Below are positions 18,400-32,775 of a stretch of DNA of 64,000 nt, piece by piece (the first letter of the stretch is position 1; each line of letters opens with the position of its first letter). Source of the DNA: the human T2T-CHM13v2.0 reference genome, Homo sapiens. A program made the translations under genes and the position numbers. The stretch lies in NCBI RefSeq assembly GCF_009914755.1, contig NC_060938.1; one strand, written 5' to 3'. Under the pieces are notes generated by a model. The model had not been told where the DNA came from. It was given only the letters and a program-made list of their open reading frames with translations, and did no database searches.

Positions 18400-18960
18400 T
18401 ATTTAAATAACAGGTCTGGAAGGAAACGGAAGATATCTGTGAAAAACAATTCAAACACACAAAGACAAACACAGGGTACATGACCAATGCATGGAGGTTC
18501 AATAGCCAATGAATAAAAGTCCTTGAAAAGAAAATAATAACATTTGACTATGAAAAATCAAAGAAATATTAATAGAGATTTTCCCAGACCTGAAGATATA
18601 AATCTTCAAATTGAAGGATTCCACTAAGGGCCCAGAAAAATGACTAAAAATAGTCTCATATTTGGGTTCTTTATTATGAAACATCAAAGGACCAAAAATA
18701 AGGACATATAAAACCTTCTAATGAGAAAAAGAAAGGAACAAAGCAGATTTATATCCTTTTGGTTTTAGCAGCTGCAGTGTACTAACAACAATACAGCAAT
18801 TTTATCAATATTGCAAGAGAAAACCCATTTTAAATCTAGAGTTTTGTTATTCATATGTTACAGCATTATATAAACAGCTATATTTAGCAATGCTAGGATT
18901 TGGGAAGTTTGCCTTTTACACACTTTAGCATAAGTAGTGAAAAGAATTACTCTAACAAAA
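18400..18960 (+). mobile_element. Ancient L1M/HAL1-like ORF1 remnant
   Basis: 'aaagaaatattaatagagattttcccagacctgaag...cttcaaattgaaggattccactaagggcccag' resembles the 'ENFP(E/D)L...QIE.AHR.P' region of ORF1. Confidence 0.45.
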
Positions 18961-21809
18961 GGAGACATATACCAAGAACAGCAAGCCATGTGTGTAAGGT
19001 GGCAATGGTTTCAACTCCGACAAGCAATGAAGAAAATTTCCACTATGACGAACATCACCAAGAGTCGGAAAAGAAACAGATTTGTGTGGAGCCAGACAAA
19101 CTGACTCTAAACTTTGGGAAATCTATTTTTAGGAATGTAGGGACTAGATTGGAGAATATAAAAGTTTGAGCGATTGGAAAGATGTAGGAAAAGTTTAGAG
19201 TAATAATTGCCTTTTTTACAAAATAGAAATTTATTATTGAAAAAGTTGATGTAGAAAAAAGCAAGAAAAAGCTAAATAAGAGTAATACTAATATGAATGT
19301 AGTTGTGAAATATTTGGCATAGAGAAGGTGGTAAATAAATTAAACGTGTTAAGTTTTGTTATTTATTTTTGAAAATCAAAAAGTATCATGTAGGTGATTA
19401 AAACATCAATTGCTAAACAGATTTGTGAAACATATACGTGCATATATGAACTAGATTTCTTTGATTCTACAATGAACATATCCTTCAATGCACATAGAAA
19501 AAAATATGTTAAATGCACATGGTGAATGCAAAGAGCACTTAGCAAATATAATAAGTAAACATCAAATAAGAAAACATACATTTTTTATTGGCCAAATGAA
19601 GAGTAGCCTGAGTTAGTTTAGGTGGCAGGGGAAGAAAAGGAGGCTGGAGTTACTGCTGCTGTTTGGTGATGTGTGACAGCAACAAAGAGAATTGAAAGAC
19701 TAAATGCCCAAGATTTGCTCAGGAGAACATGGTCTTATGCTGAAATACATCTACCTTAACTATACGTTTTCTTACCAAAAAAGCACCATTTAAGTACTTT
19801 TCACTGAAACTTGAAAGCTGATTCATTATAGTCAGTTTTGTATTCAGATGGTAGCTTTTGAGTAAAAACTTATGAGTCATTTTAGTGAATATTGAGATAG
19901 AATTAAAATAACAAGGCATACCACGTTAATTGTAAATATTTATGAAGTCACATATGCCATTTGTTTCCTTTTAACTCTAAATCAATAGATTTATTTTCTT
20001 CAAATATGTGGTTTATCCATTTTTATTTTCTTTTTTACATATTTAAAGTACTAAAAGTAATTTTATGTTTCTAGAATACGGATATTTTTTCAGTTTCCAT
20101 CTAAATATAACCTACATATACTGTTTTAATAATTATTTTTGCAGAAAATATTGTATAATCTGGTAGATGTTAAGGTTCCTTTCCTTATTATTTATTATTA
20201 TTTAATATTTTTAATTAAAACTAAACTGAATTTGGAATCACTTGATCAGGCTATGTAAAGCGTCCTGTAACATTTTACTCTATTTTACCTATGATCATAT
20301 CAAACACCTTTTGTCATTTTAAACACTTAAATAAATATATTCCCTTTTCCATATCTCTAATGAGAGTGTGTTTAATATGCGAGAAAAGCTAACATGACGC
20401 AATTTTAGTTTAATCTTTATAAATTATTAGTTTATAATAATTTATTTATATAAATAATTTACTTATTTATATAATAAACTATTTCTTAGTACTTATAAAC
20501 TATTATTTAAAAATAACCAAAGTAATTGGTATAGGGGAAAGAAATGTGGGGAGCTCAGAGCCAATGCTGGAAGAATGAATTTAATAATGGATGATGGAAA
20601 TGATGGACCAAAAACAAATCCTTACAGAATAAAAAGAAGACTCAATAATCGAAGTTATTCACCTACAGAGGCTTAAACAGAGGCCATGAGAGTAGACTAC
20701 ATAACATAATTCAAATATGTAGATGTGTGAGCATCAAGGTACAGTTGTAACTTAGAACTTAATAATACTTCTGAAGTTCATTTAAAAGTATCTCTCTTTT
20801 ACACAACAAAAACAACAACAGGGCTTGCTTCAAATATTCACCTTGGAGGCAAAATATGTAAAAACAGAAAATCACAACATTTAAGTGTTAAGCGGTATCA
20901 GTCCATTTAAGAAGTCCAGTTCTTCTGGATTGCGTGCTAAAAGGTCCCCTTAGTGTAGTAAACTATTTGAACTTCATGAATAAATAGTCATTTTATTTAG
21001 ACCTGGGCAAATGACCATAGAGGACAAATGATTAACAGGGGAGAAGAGCTAAATTTTATCTCAAGAGATAATTCTAAAAAGAAGAAACTTTAAATAGAGC
21101 TTAGCTGTGGTGGAAGTGCACTGACGTGATCCCAGTAGCTTTTCCACTAAAGGGTTTTTTAACATTTGTGTCACAGAGAAATGTTATTTTTATTATTTAG
21201 TGAGGAAGATGATCATTGCATGTATGTATTAGGTTAATAATAAAAACCAAAGTATCCAGTAGTCTCAAAGACATGTATTAGTGACTGTAGCTGCTTATGG
21301 CACAAGCTAAGAAATGTCATTTAATATATATATATGACCAGGCCCCTTTGTCTCAAAATGATCATTCCACTTAAGTTTATATTTTGTTGGACTATTGTGT
21401 CCATGCTGGGAAAGCATTATTATCCAGCATGTATTTATGTAGGTTATTTTTTAGTACTAGTAATTTTGCCTATGATTATAAAAGTAATACTACGTATTAT
21501 ATAATTATACTAAAAAATTTAACATTTTCATAACCTCCCCTAGAGGTAACCACTATAACTATATTAGGATATATACACTAGCTACTTATAAAAAGATAGC
21601 TTAGTATTATCATCTTAAAGAAAACTGCTTCATGCTCATAAAATGTATGGGTGAATTAGCTATTGTAATTCATATTTTTTAAAAGTCAAATTGTGATAAC
21701 TTGACAAAAGGGGCAGTGAAAATCCCTTTAAACAAAATGCTTCTAATTGTGAAATAAATAAATATGTACATTTACATGCAGGTATATATATACATATAGG
21801 CATTTCATA

Positions 21810-21930
21810 TGTATTTGGGAAATATAGACTACTATACACAATTGCCATGAAGATTAATAGAGATAACATGTGTAAAGCATTTAGCCCATCTAGCTCAATA
21901 CCTGGCACAGACTTGTTTTCAGTGGCTATA
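21810..21930 (+). mobile_element. MIR 3' remnant
   Basis: 'atgaagattaatagagataacatgtgtaaagcatttag...cctggcaca'. Confidence 0.6.
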
Positions 21931-23974
21931 TCGTGAGTTAGAATACATTAGGCTGATATTTATTATAGTCTTTATGTCACAAAACAATATATGAATATAA
22001 ATAAGATCTTAGAGGAATTTTCTACAAATAAAATATCTTTCCAGGAGAAAAATATAACTATCTGCAATATTCATGTTAATTGTAAACATTTAATGCCTTT
22101 CACTAGGCAATAGTTCAATGATCTCATTTGAATTACTACAAATTCTTAAAAGTACTATGTCTACATTTTTGGTGAAATTATAATTTGCTATTGTTTACAT
22201 TTTCTTTTCCATTAATTATTCCAGATTTGAGAGTATTCTAACATTTGTATTTTTTACATTGCCTTTAACATGCAAATGATATTGCAAAAATGGAAGAAAA
22301 TCTACTATTTTTCAGGGAGGTTAAACATTCATTTGCTGGTCACAAAGTTTTTTTATAATATAAAGTATTAAATATGCCCCAGAGCCCTATAAATACATCT
22401 CAAGGCTAAACTAAGAAAATCTTCGTGCTAATTCACTTCTAATTAATATGGTCTGAATTAAATGTATCTTGTTGAGACTTCATTAATTCTACTGATAGCC
22501 TGGCCTTTTATTTTTAAGTAGTAATTATTCCAAATCTTATGTGATTAAACCTATATTTTCTACTTCTTTGATATCAAAAAAGATATCAAAAAATGTTATC
22601 TTTACAATCATCCTTTCAACCAATGTTCACTTTTCCAGAGCAGTTGTCTTTCATTAACCTTCTCAAGAAGCACTCCAAAAAGTTCCATACGTTTTTTAAA
22701 ATATACCTTTCCAATTTCCTTTTTTTGTTTTTTTTTTTTACATTGCTAACATCTTTTCCCCCTTTCCTGGTAATGTGAAATGTCTATGATCTAGGTTCCC
22801 TTTGAAATAGTCAATTGAATCCTCCTTAAATTGTTTTTTGTTTTAATTAAAATAACAATACATGTTGGCAATGTTTTGTAAGAATTTCTTTTTACAATGT
22901 ATTATTTATTGCGTTGATTTTCCAGAATTGTTCATGTGTATTGTAACTTTGGAATTCTTCTTGGTGACATCTCTGGTAAGGCTCTATCTGAACAACGTTT
23001 TCCTTTTCTTGATTTGAGACATGCAATTAGGATCTCTTGCTTATTTCTCTAGTCAAATTAAGGGTATTTGAGGAAACAGGTTAATCATAACTTTGGCATA
23101 TCCTTAAAGTAAAATTTAAACTATTTGTTAAAAATGGTATTTTTACCATTTAAGTAAAACATTCTTTATAGTAAAGTTTGTGAAACGCCACTGTTAATGC
23201 TACTGATATAGTTAAGTCTCAATAGATTTTGTCATAGGTATAATCCCCCTCAGACTCAGGGGCTAAAAGTTTGCCTTGTTCTATTTATGGTCTTTTAAGG
23301 CCATTACAATACTATCTAGTGGGCTGAAGTAGTAATTTCTGAATAACACCCTAGTGGTCTAGGAATGCTAATGCAGATCAATGCAGATTCCTGAAGTTCA
23401 GCTGAATAATGTAGGTAATGGATTGAGAAAAGCTATTTCAATAGATACATAAAATGAAGCAAACTTACGTGAAATAATACATATGTACTAATGCTTTTAA
23501 TATTCTTTTCTCTAAAATTTTATACTTAGGTTAAGCTCTTTAAAAGCAATTTACCAGATTTAATATCTACATTATATAATAGTACCTAAACTCTTTCAAA
23601 ATATGTCAAGGTTCTTACTTGTTAGATCAATTCAAATTGATTTTGAAGTGAGAAAAGATTACACAGATTAAAAACAAGATGAAGGTCATAGAAATGATAA
23701 TGCAAATGTCATCTATTAATATTAATGAAACATTCCCCAAAATAATCATCATAGCCTCAGATTTGGTTGAATATCTATATTATAAATCTAGAGAGTAAAA
23801 ACCCATATGTCATAAAGAAGCGATTAAACTCTAAGTTGTTGAAATTATCATTGAGGTTAGAATCAAGGTACTTAGCCCAAAGAAGAACATAAGTAGGGAA
23901 AAAATAAGAAAAATGATATATTTAAAATCTGATTCTTTTTGTGTGCTATACAGTAATATATTAATTTCTACTGA

Positions 23975-24495
23975 AGCAGAAAAATTTCAGTTCAAATGTG
24001 AGCTCAGCTTCTAATTAGCTACGTAACCTTGGATAATAAAAATTATAATACTGGTCTGATGATAATAGTAATAATATAATTAAAATAGTTAACAGTGAGA
24101 GCTTTCTACTGGTCAGACATTATGTAAATGATGTCCATGCATCTCTTAATGCATCTCTTAATACTTCCTACAGCCTATTTATAATGTTATCACAATTTTA
24201 CAGAAGAGGCAATCAAGTTATAGAAAGTGAAAGTGATTTTCCAAATTCATACAGCTTTAAAATGGTGGAACTAGAATTTAAATTTAGATTGTATGGCCGC
24301 AGAAACTGTACTCTTAACTTCCAGGTTATGCTACCCCCTAGTCATGTAACTTCTCCAGGGGTAAATTTCTTCATTTATAAATGGAAGTTATAAATTAAAA
24401 TGTGTAGGACTGCTGCAAGGATTCAATTTTTCAATTAAAAATATTTAAAGAATGCCCGCTATGCATTGAGCAATATGCTAAGTCTTTGGATACTA
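23975..24495 (+). mobile_element. MIR, apparently split by a second antisense MIR
   Basis: 5' piece 'gttcaaatgtgagctcagcttctaattagctacgtaaccttgg' (~23975-24035). 3' piece 'gtcatgtaacttctcc...tttcttcatttataaatgga' (from ~24340). Confidence 0.55.
24080..24338 (-). mobile_element. MIR (antisense), near full length
   Basis: 'attttacagaagaggcaa...tccaaattcatacagct...ggtggaactagaatttaaa...tcttaac...tatgctacc'. Confidence 0.7.
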
Positions 24496-24502
24496 GTATT
24501 CC

Positions 24503-24802
24503 TTTTTTTTTTTTTTTTTTTGAGACAGAGTTTCACTCTTGTTGCCCAGACTGGAGTGCAATGGCACGATCTGGGCTTGCCACAACCTCTGCCTCCCTAT
24601 TCCAGCGATTCTCCTGCCTCAGCCTCCCAAGTAGCTGGGATTACAGGCATGCACCACCACGCCCAGCTAATTTTGTATTGTTCGTAGAGACGAGGTTTCT
24701 CCATGTTGGTCAGGCTGGTCTTGAACTCCTGACCTCAGGTGATCCACCCGCCTCGGCCTCCCAGAGTGCTAGGATTACAGGTGTGAGCCACTGTGCCCGG
24801 CC
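24503..24802 (-). mobile_element. AluSp-like element
   Basis: Diagnostic 'ctcttgttgccc', 'gcaatgg', 'tttctccatgttggtcagg'. TSD 'tagtattcctt' at 24494 and 24803. Confidence 0.93.
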
Positions 24803-25885
24803 TAGTATTCCTTATCATTATGAAATACCAAACAATAATGATGGGTAAATGGGTAATTAGGACAAAATATTATAAGGTATTCTTGATAATGCTAGTTTCC
24901 TCACCCCCATATGTAAATATCACTAATTTTATTTGGCTCTACTTCCCAATATATTAACACTATCACTTGTCTTCTCTATTGCTAAAATCCTAGATTAAGT
25001 AAAAAATCAATATACCTTCCAGGGTACAAAAAATACTTTAATCAGCTTACTTTCTTTCCAGGTATTTGGGAGTAGGAGAGGCTGATATAGAAATAGAGGG
25101 AGGAACAGTTCACTCAGAATTTTAAGGTCAGATTCTAGACAGAGAATATAGAATGACACTCTGAACCTGTGTAAGATTTAACTGTGACAAAGAGTTCAGC
25201 ACAAAGATTCTTTAGGAAAGAAAAAACTACTTTGGTTAAATTGGGAGAGAACACACAGCATCTTAGTAACCCAAATTTCAGCTTGATGGAAAAGAAGAAT
25301 GTCATATGAGATACATTCAAAATAAGGGAGATTGGACTGGATTATACAGAATCTTGTGGGAGACCATCAGGATTTCCAAAATTAGCCTGAGTGACGGAAA
25401 GTCAATAAAAAAGTTTTAAACAAGGAAGTATTTGTTAAATGCTGTAAAATATTTTATTGTCTTAAGAATGATCTTCACATTTGAGATATTTAGATAGTTG
25501 AATTTAATGTGAGTTACGATATTGTTGGGTTTAAATATATCATATACTGTTTGTTTTCTATTTTCCCAATCTCTGCTCCTTTTATCTTTCTTTTTTCTTT
25601 ATTTTAGATTAATTTAATAATTTTATGAATCTCTTTTATCACCGTTGTCTAATTTGCTATAATTTATTGTTTTGTCATTTTCTGGTCGCTTTAAATTTAT
25701 AGTATACATCTTTAGCTTATGATGGCCTACTTTCAGGTCTTATTGTGGCACTTTTGCATTTCTCTCCTTCTGTAGTTGTGCTATTGTTGTCATGCTTTAT
25801 AACTATATTTATGTTCTAAATTCCACAATATATTAATACCATTTTTGTTGAAACAGTCATTTATCTTTAAAAAAATAGATCATTA

Positions 25886-26119
<234 letters not shown>

Positions 26120-27654
26120 TCATTTGTAGTCATCTTCATTCCATAGTTCTCTTTGATTATTCTATTTGTTTTGCTTTGCTTTTGTTTTTATTGTTGTTGT
26201 TGCTTTGTTTTATTTTGTTTTTCTCTTGCCTGAATAAAATACTCTTATTGTATTGCAGGACTGCTAGTGATGTCTGAAAAACTCTTTAAATCATATTTGT
26301 TTTTGAGAGAAATTTTTACCATGCATACAATTCTATGTTGACCACCCTTTCTTTCCATATTTTGAAGATGATATTCCACTATCTTCTCTCTTGGATATTT
26401 TCTATGAGAAAAAAAGTATTCCTTATGTTTGTTTCCTTGTGCATAGCATGTATTATTTTAAATACTTAATTACATTAAAGATGTATTTTTCCTCTGGCTG
26501 CTTTAAAGATTTTCTATCACTGTCTTCATGAAATTTTATTATTTTGTGCCTTGAAGTAGTTTCCTTGGTGTCTCTTCTGCTTGAGTCTTGTTGAGATTCT
26601 TGGACTATGGGTTTGTAATTTTAATCAACTTTGAAAAAATTTCAGCTATCACTTTATTTATTTTTGTTGTTTTGTTCCTCTTTCCCCACATTTGATAGTT
26701 CCTATCCTTTGGAGACTCCATTTGCATCTATCTGAGGTCACTTGAAGTTGTCCCACAACCCACTCATACTGTCTTCATTATATTTAATTTGTGTGTTTTA
26801 TTTTGTACTCTGGTTCAATAATCTTTTTTTCTGTTGTATCTCATCTGCTATTAATCCCATCACATATACTATTTATCTCACATGTAGTTTTAATCTCTAA
26901 AAGTTTAATTTGGTTCTTTTAAAAATATATATTTCATGACTCTACTTAACTTTTTGAACGTATGGAATGATGTTACAATAACTGTTTTCATGTACTTGTA
27001 TGCTAATTCTAACATCTGTTTTATGTTAGAGTCACTTTTGATTGATAAAATTTTGTCCTCATTATGGGTAATTTTTCTTCCTTATGCCTTATAATCTTTG
27101 ATTGAATATAAAACATTGTGAGTTTTACCTAGGTGTGCATTGAGGTTTTTTTATGACAAATACATTTTTGAGCTTTGTTCTGGGATGCAGCTAAATTACT
27201 TAGAAACAGCTTTAACTTTTGAGATAATGCTTTTAACCCTTTCTAAGGAATGACTGGAGTTGGGCTAAGATACTTCATATTTGAGGCAAGATTCTTCTGT
27301 GTACTCTACCAAATGCCCAATGACTCATGAGGTTTTCTAGGTGGTCTCATGGGAAAAGGTACAATTTTTGGCACCTTGTGAGCACCAAGCACTCTTCCCT
27401 TTAATCCTTTCACATTGGTCAGTTTTGATTTCCTCACAGGCATGCACTAATTAATTGTGTGTTGAATACTCAAAGTGTCACCTCTGTGGACCTGGTGTTC
27501 TCTGTCTGTACCACTCTAACTTCTTTGATGTTCTGACCTTTAAATTCTAGCTGCCCAGAAAATTCTAATTTCCCTTGACTCTCAGGTCCATCTTTCCATC
27601 TCAGGAAATCCTCCTGGATCAAGATGAGGTACCCCTCCCTGCACCATGGACTGG

Positions 27655-27924
27655 AATCAAACACCACATGTTTTCACTTATAAGTGGGAGCTGAACAATG
27701 AGAACACATGGACATGGGGAGGGGAACACCACATGCTGGGGTCTATCAGAGTAGGGCAGTGGATGGCAGGGAGAGTATCAGGAAAAATAGCTGATCCATG
27801 CTGGGCTTAATACCTAGGTGTTGTGTTGATAGGTGCAGCAAACCACCACGGCACATGTTTACCTATGTAACAAACCTGCACATCCTGCACATGTACCCTA
27901 GGACTTAAAAATAAGAAAAAAAAA
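27655..27924 (+). mobile_element. L1PA (approximately PA10-13) 3' UTR fragment with A-tail
   Basis: 'cacttataagtgggagctgaacaatgagaacacatggaca...aacaaacctgcacatcctgcacatgtaccctaggacttaaaa'. Confidence 0.9.
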
Positions 27925-28463
27925 TAGTAAGGAGGGAAGTTGTATGGCTGATTTAAAACCATAGTAAGGAGGGAAGTTGTATGGCTGATTCACATCTCTT
28001 GGGTCCTTCTTGCCCATATTCAGTGTCTCACAAACTGTTTTCTCATATATTTTGTCTTTGTTGTTACTCTGGGCAGCAGTGTAATTCATGTCCTTGTGAC
28101 TCTATCTCTTTCATAGTCGGAAGTTCATTCTTCTTAGTTTTAACCTGGATATTTAGCTAAAGATTATTGACATCCATCTGCCCTTATAGCTTTTCAATAG
28201 GATGAAAGCAGAAGTAATATGTGTACTGCTGGGCCCTTACCCTTAAAAGGATGTACCTGGACTTCCTGGCCCCTTTCCCTAGTTTACTGATTGTGAAATG
28301 ATGAGAACAGGAGGTTGAGAAGGGAACTACTCTACTAGCTTGCACTGCTTATCTTAAGACTGTCATCTAAGGAAAACCTTGTATTTTAATAAAGCGCTGA
28401 ATTCTTGCTGACTTGTGTGACTGAAGGTGAAGTGATAAGAATGCCTATAATGCAAATCTAAAA

Positions 28464-28636
28464 TTGTGCTTCTCAAATTTGGCTGCACTTTGGATTCAAC
28501 TGAGGAGTTTAAGAAAATATATTGAATCCACCTGGGTCTGTATTTTGATTGAAGTTCTATAGGGTAGGACCTCAGCATCATGATATCTAAAAACTACACA
28601 GGTGATTCAATCGTGCAACAAAATTTGATAACTACT
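28464..28636. mobile_element. MER5A hAT-Charlie non-autonomous DNA transposon
   Basis: Degenerate TIRs 'gtgcttctcaaattt' ... 'aaatttgataactac'. Internal 'ggctgcac' and 'caggtgattc...gtgca'. Confidence 0.75.
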
Positions 28637-30327
28637 TCTATAAAAATATTAAATTTAAGGAAAAACATAAGAAGATATGTTCACAAAGGAGCCTGGGAAG
28701 GAATAGGGAGTGTGGTTGGAGAAAATGTAGAAGAGTATAGTGTCATGAACTATTTATGCATGTTATGGGCCCTAAAAAATAAATGCCTGTATTGCATTTC
28801 TGGATTTCACATGTATTCAAAATAACTGGGTTTGAGAATGTATTTATTTTAGTAACCTAAAGCAACTTACTAGATCAGAACCTCAATATCACCAACTATA
28901 AAATCCAGATAATCATCCATTCCATTTCACCTCATCGCTATAAGTATAATGAGATATGTGGCAGTATCTTACAAAAATAATTTCATACCATGCCTAAGTG
29001 AGATGTTTAAAGTTAAATTATATTCCTTGCCTGACTTCCTACATCTTTAACTTTCACAGAAAGAAAATGGCCTATGTTTAAGAAAAGTGACTCAGGAAAC
29101 AAAAATGTGGGATGACTATAAATGACATAAAATTGTTTGAGTTTTCTATCCTTCCCAGTGGCGTAACTTTGTAATCACTATCAATGTTACAAATGTTCTG
29201 TTAATCATGTTTCTGATTAAACTGACAGTAGCAAGGAAAGACAATCTTGGCAGGAACATATATCCCTCTTTGGCTGTTGAACTTGCAACCAGGAACTCAT
29301 AAAATTGTATGGGATAATGGTAAAAGGAACCATCACGGTTGATGTCTAGAAGTTCAGACTGGATACTGATAAAAATATATAATTTTCATTCCTTGCAGAG
29401 ACATTTTGCCAGTTTCAGCCTTGGAATGGAAGCACCAGGAGACACACTTACTGAACCTCTCTAAAGTTTAGATTGACAAAAAAGAAAAATACACCATGGG
29501 GAATAGCCCTGCCTAGAGAAAAGATTAAAAGGGTGACTTAACAAGTTATTTGCAACTCTAATTTCTTTGACTCCACTGGAATTAGGAGTAGTGAAGTGAT
29601 TTTGGCGGTTCTGATTAGAACACTTACTGAGAGCAAGCAATTACATCCCAAGTGAATCAATAAATGGCTAACAGTTTAAAGGCAGTAAAATAGGGGCTTG
29701 CATCATCACCTAAATATTAGATACCATGGAAGAGAAGGCCATGCAACTACATAGGCTTATTTGGAGCATACATCTAGATTCTCATACCTTGACCTTCCAA
29801 ACTGAACTTAAATCCTGAGTTAAACTTAGAAGAACTCATACCAGGTTAAACCAAATAATTGCATCATGGCTTATACTGGGAAACATATCACACTTTTATA
29901 GGCTGACTTAAAAAGCTTCAACTTAAAGAAAGTCTGGTTGCATAGAAGACAGGAAATCTGCAAATGAGTTATAAAAGTAGCAAATATATTTAGAGACTTT
30001 AAAGGGTATGATTTAATTTTACATCAATTTAATATATAATAACAATCTTATGAGGTGGTTTATTATTGGAATGAATATTCTAATAGGGTTATTTCTTTGT
30101 TCACCACTCCATCAGTAATGCTTTAGTAGGTGTATTTAGCAATAAACACTTTTTTTATGTGCTATGTGAGTGTAAATTAACTCTAGTTCTACCTTTCAAG
30201 AAACTCAAAGGCATAACTCAAAGTTATACTTTTCAAGAAGCTCAAAGAAAAAACATATACATAATATTAAAATACAGATAGTAAGTGATGTATACCACAT
30301 AAATAGCTCATTAAAATTATATGGGTG

Positions 30328-31690
30328 AAAGATAATATTTTCAAACCATATACCTGAAAAAAATTCATATCTAGAATATATACAGAATTCTCAGACTCAG
30401 CAGTAAAATTCAAACAGTCTGCTTGTTAGAAACAAGCAGAAGTCATGAATAGATATTTCAATGAAGAGGATATACTTAGGGAAATGCAAATTAAAACCAC
30501 TACATGGGAACACTACATACCTACCAGAATGGCTAGTCCAAAATATATAAGTAACTCAAACAAAGTGGTAAGAAAACAAATAATCCAATTTAAAAAATGA
30601 TAAAGAGCCTAAACAGACATCTCATAAGAAGACATACATATAGCTAACAAGTATATTAAAAAATGCTCAACATCGTTAATCATCAGGGAAATGCTAATTA
30701 AAGCTTCAATGGATATTATGTCATACCTGTTAGAATGGTGATTATAAAAAAAAATGACAGATAACAAGTGTTGGTGAGGATGTGGAGAAAAGGGAACCCT
30801 TGTACCCTGAAAGTGGGAATGTAAATTAGTAAACCTATTGTGGAAAATTGGATGGAGGCTCCACAAAATGTTAAAAATAGAGCTACCATGTAATCTAGCA
30901 ATCCACTATTGGGTATAAAGCCAAAGGAAATCACATCACTATGTGGAAGAGATATCTGTACTCCTATGTATATTGTAGCATTGTTCACAATAGCCAAGAT
31001 GTGGAATCTATCTAAGTGTTCGTCAATGGATGAATGAATAAAGGAAATGTGGTACAAATACACAATGGAATACTTTTCAGCCATAAAAACAAAGAAATCC
31101 CGTTGTTTGTGACAACATAGAAAGATAAATAACACATGATCTTACTTATATGTAGAATCTTAAAAAGTCGAACTCATAGAGGCTGAGTAGAATGTTGGTT
31201 ACCAGGGGCAGAGGATGAGGAGTAGTGTTGCCAAAGGATGTTTCCATCTATGTAACCTTCATTAAATAAAATTATAGAGATGGTGAACAGATTAGTGGTT
31301 GCCTGGAGTTAGGCATTGGTGGGTCAAACTGGGTTTGTAGATATAAAAAGGTAGCATGAGGAAACCTTATGATTAGTATGGAACAGTTCTGTGTCTTGTT
31401 TGTGGTTATATTTATATAAATCTGCACGTGTGATAAAATTGCACAGAACTTAACACATACCCATGCAAATACACATAAACAACCAAAGAAATGAGTGAGT
31501 ATAAAACTGGTGGAATCTAAGAAAACCCTGTGGATTATACCAACTTCCTAATTTTAATATTGTACTGTAGTTTTCCAAGATGTTACCATTGAATAGCACT
31601 GGGGAAAATTGAATGTCAGAAAACTGGAACTGTCCTCTACAGCTTTGTTTTTGTTACTTCCCGAGGACCTCTAACTATTTCAAAAGTAAA
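30328..31690 (+). mobile_element. L1MC-like 3' region (30328-30535 and 31240-31690) interrupted by an L1MA/MB-like segment
   Basis: The 'REMQIKTT' region occurs twice (30480 and 30687). L1MC-type 3' UTR 'tctgcacgtgtgataaaattgcacagaact...caagatgttaccattg'. Confidence 0.7.
30536..31240 (+). mobile_element. L1MA/L1MB late ORF2 and 3' UTR fragment
   Basis: 'aacagacatctcataagaagacatac...aacaagtgttggtgaggatgtggagaaaagggaaccc...gaactcatagaggctgagtagaatg'. Confidence 0.8.
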
Positions 31691-32323
31691 TTAACTAATC
31701 AATTAACTATATTAACTGCATGGAGCAATTCTGTTGGAACCAGTTTAAGGTATATGGAGTAGCAAGACATAAGTTTGGAACTTAGGTCAGACTTAGACAT
31801 TGTAGATTGCTGATATCAGTAAGTAGGAGTCTGATATTAATAACCACGCAGCTAATAGTGATGGAAGGTTTGTGAAATGGTAAGAGAAATGATTGGAACT
31901 GTGATGAATTCACTCAAGATGAAGTAAACATAGAATTGTATAAAGCCTATTTCAACAGCATAGATGATAAATAATGACATTATACTGAATCACAGAAATT
32001 TTGATGAAATTGAAATCTATAAGAATTGATTGGTTACAGTGTACATTAAAAAGAGATTAAATTTGTGATTCTCAAGATGTGTCTATAAGCAGATGAAGCT
32101 ATTGATGAGGACAAAAGCTTCTTAGCACTAAAAATACAGTTTGCATTTGTTCTCCTAGAAATAGTTTTGCCAGGTCCATATAGTTTTACTTTTTTTTAGG
32201 GGTGGACATTTACTGAACCAAAATATGTTTGTGATCATTATGATCTTGAAGGAAACAAAGTACCATCTTTTTATGTAAGAAAAGACAAAAAGGGAAATAA
32301 AAGGGAAATAAAAAATAAGTATA

Positions 32324-32582
32324 TTTCTTTTTTTTATTATTATACTTTAAGTGTTAGGGTACATGTGCACAATGTGCAGGTTTGTTACATATGTATACAT
32401 GTGCCATGCTGGTGTGCTGCACCCATTAACTCATCATTTAATGTTAGGTATATCTCCTAATGCTATCCCTCCCTCCTCTCCCCACCCCACAACAGTCCCC
32501 GGAGTGTGATGTACCCTTTCCTGTGTCCCTGTGTTCTCATTGTTGAATTCCCACCTATAAGTGAGAACATGGGGTGTTTGGT
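32324..32582 (-). mobile_element. Young L1PA (L1PA3/4-like) 3' end, ~260 bp
   Basis: 'ttattattatactttaag..ttagggtacatgtgcacaatgtgcaggtttgttacatatgtatac'. TSD 'tatatttctttt' (32320) / 'tatatttatttt' (32583). Confidence 0.93.
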
Positions 32583-32775
32583 TATATTTATTTTAGCCTA
32601 TGGTCCGTGAATATGTCACAGAAGAGTGTCTATTTACTCACCTTATATGCAGCTGTATTCTATTAGAAAGTGTATTAACATTTCCTTGTTAATTTTCTGA
32701 AGATTTAACAAATTATATATGGTGTTTAAGTATTAATTTGACTGCCTTTGAAATCAGTATTAACTTAAGCAAAAT

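Noticed and set aside
20415-20515. Extremely AT-rich quasi-palindromic stretch
   Set aside because: Low complexity; the pairing is expected by chance.
20540-21150. Possible CR1/L3 remnants or a conserved element
   Set aside because: Resemblance too faint to support without a profile search.
28190-28445. Possible ancient ERVL LTR remnant
   Set aside because: Only weak motif resemblance and no definable ends.
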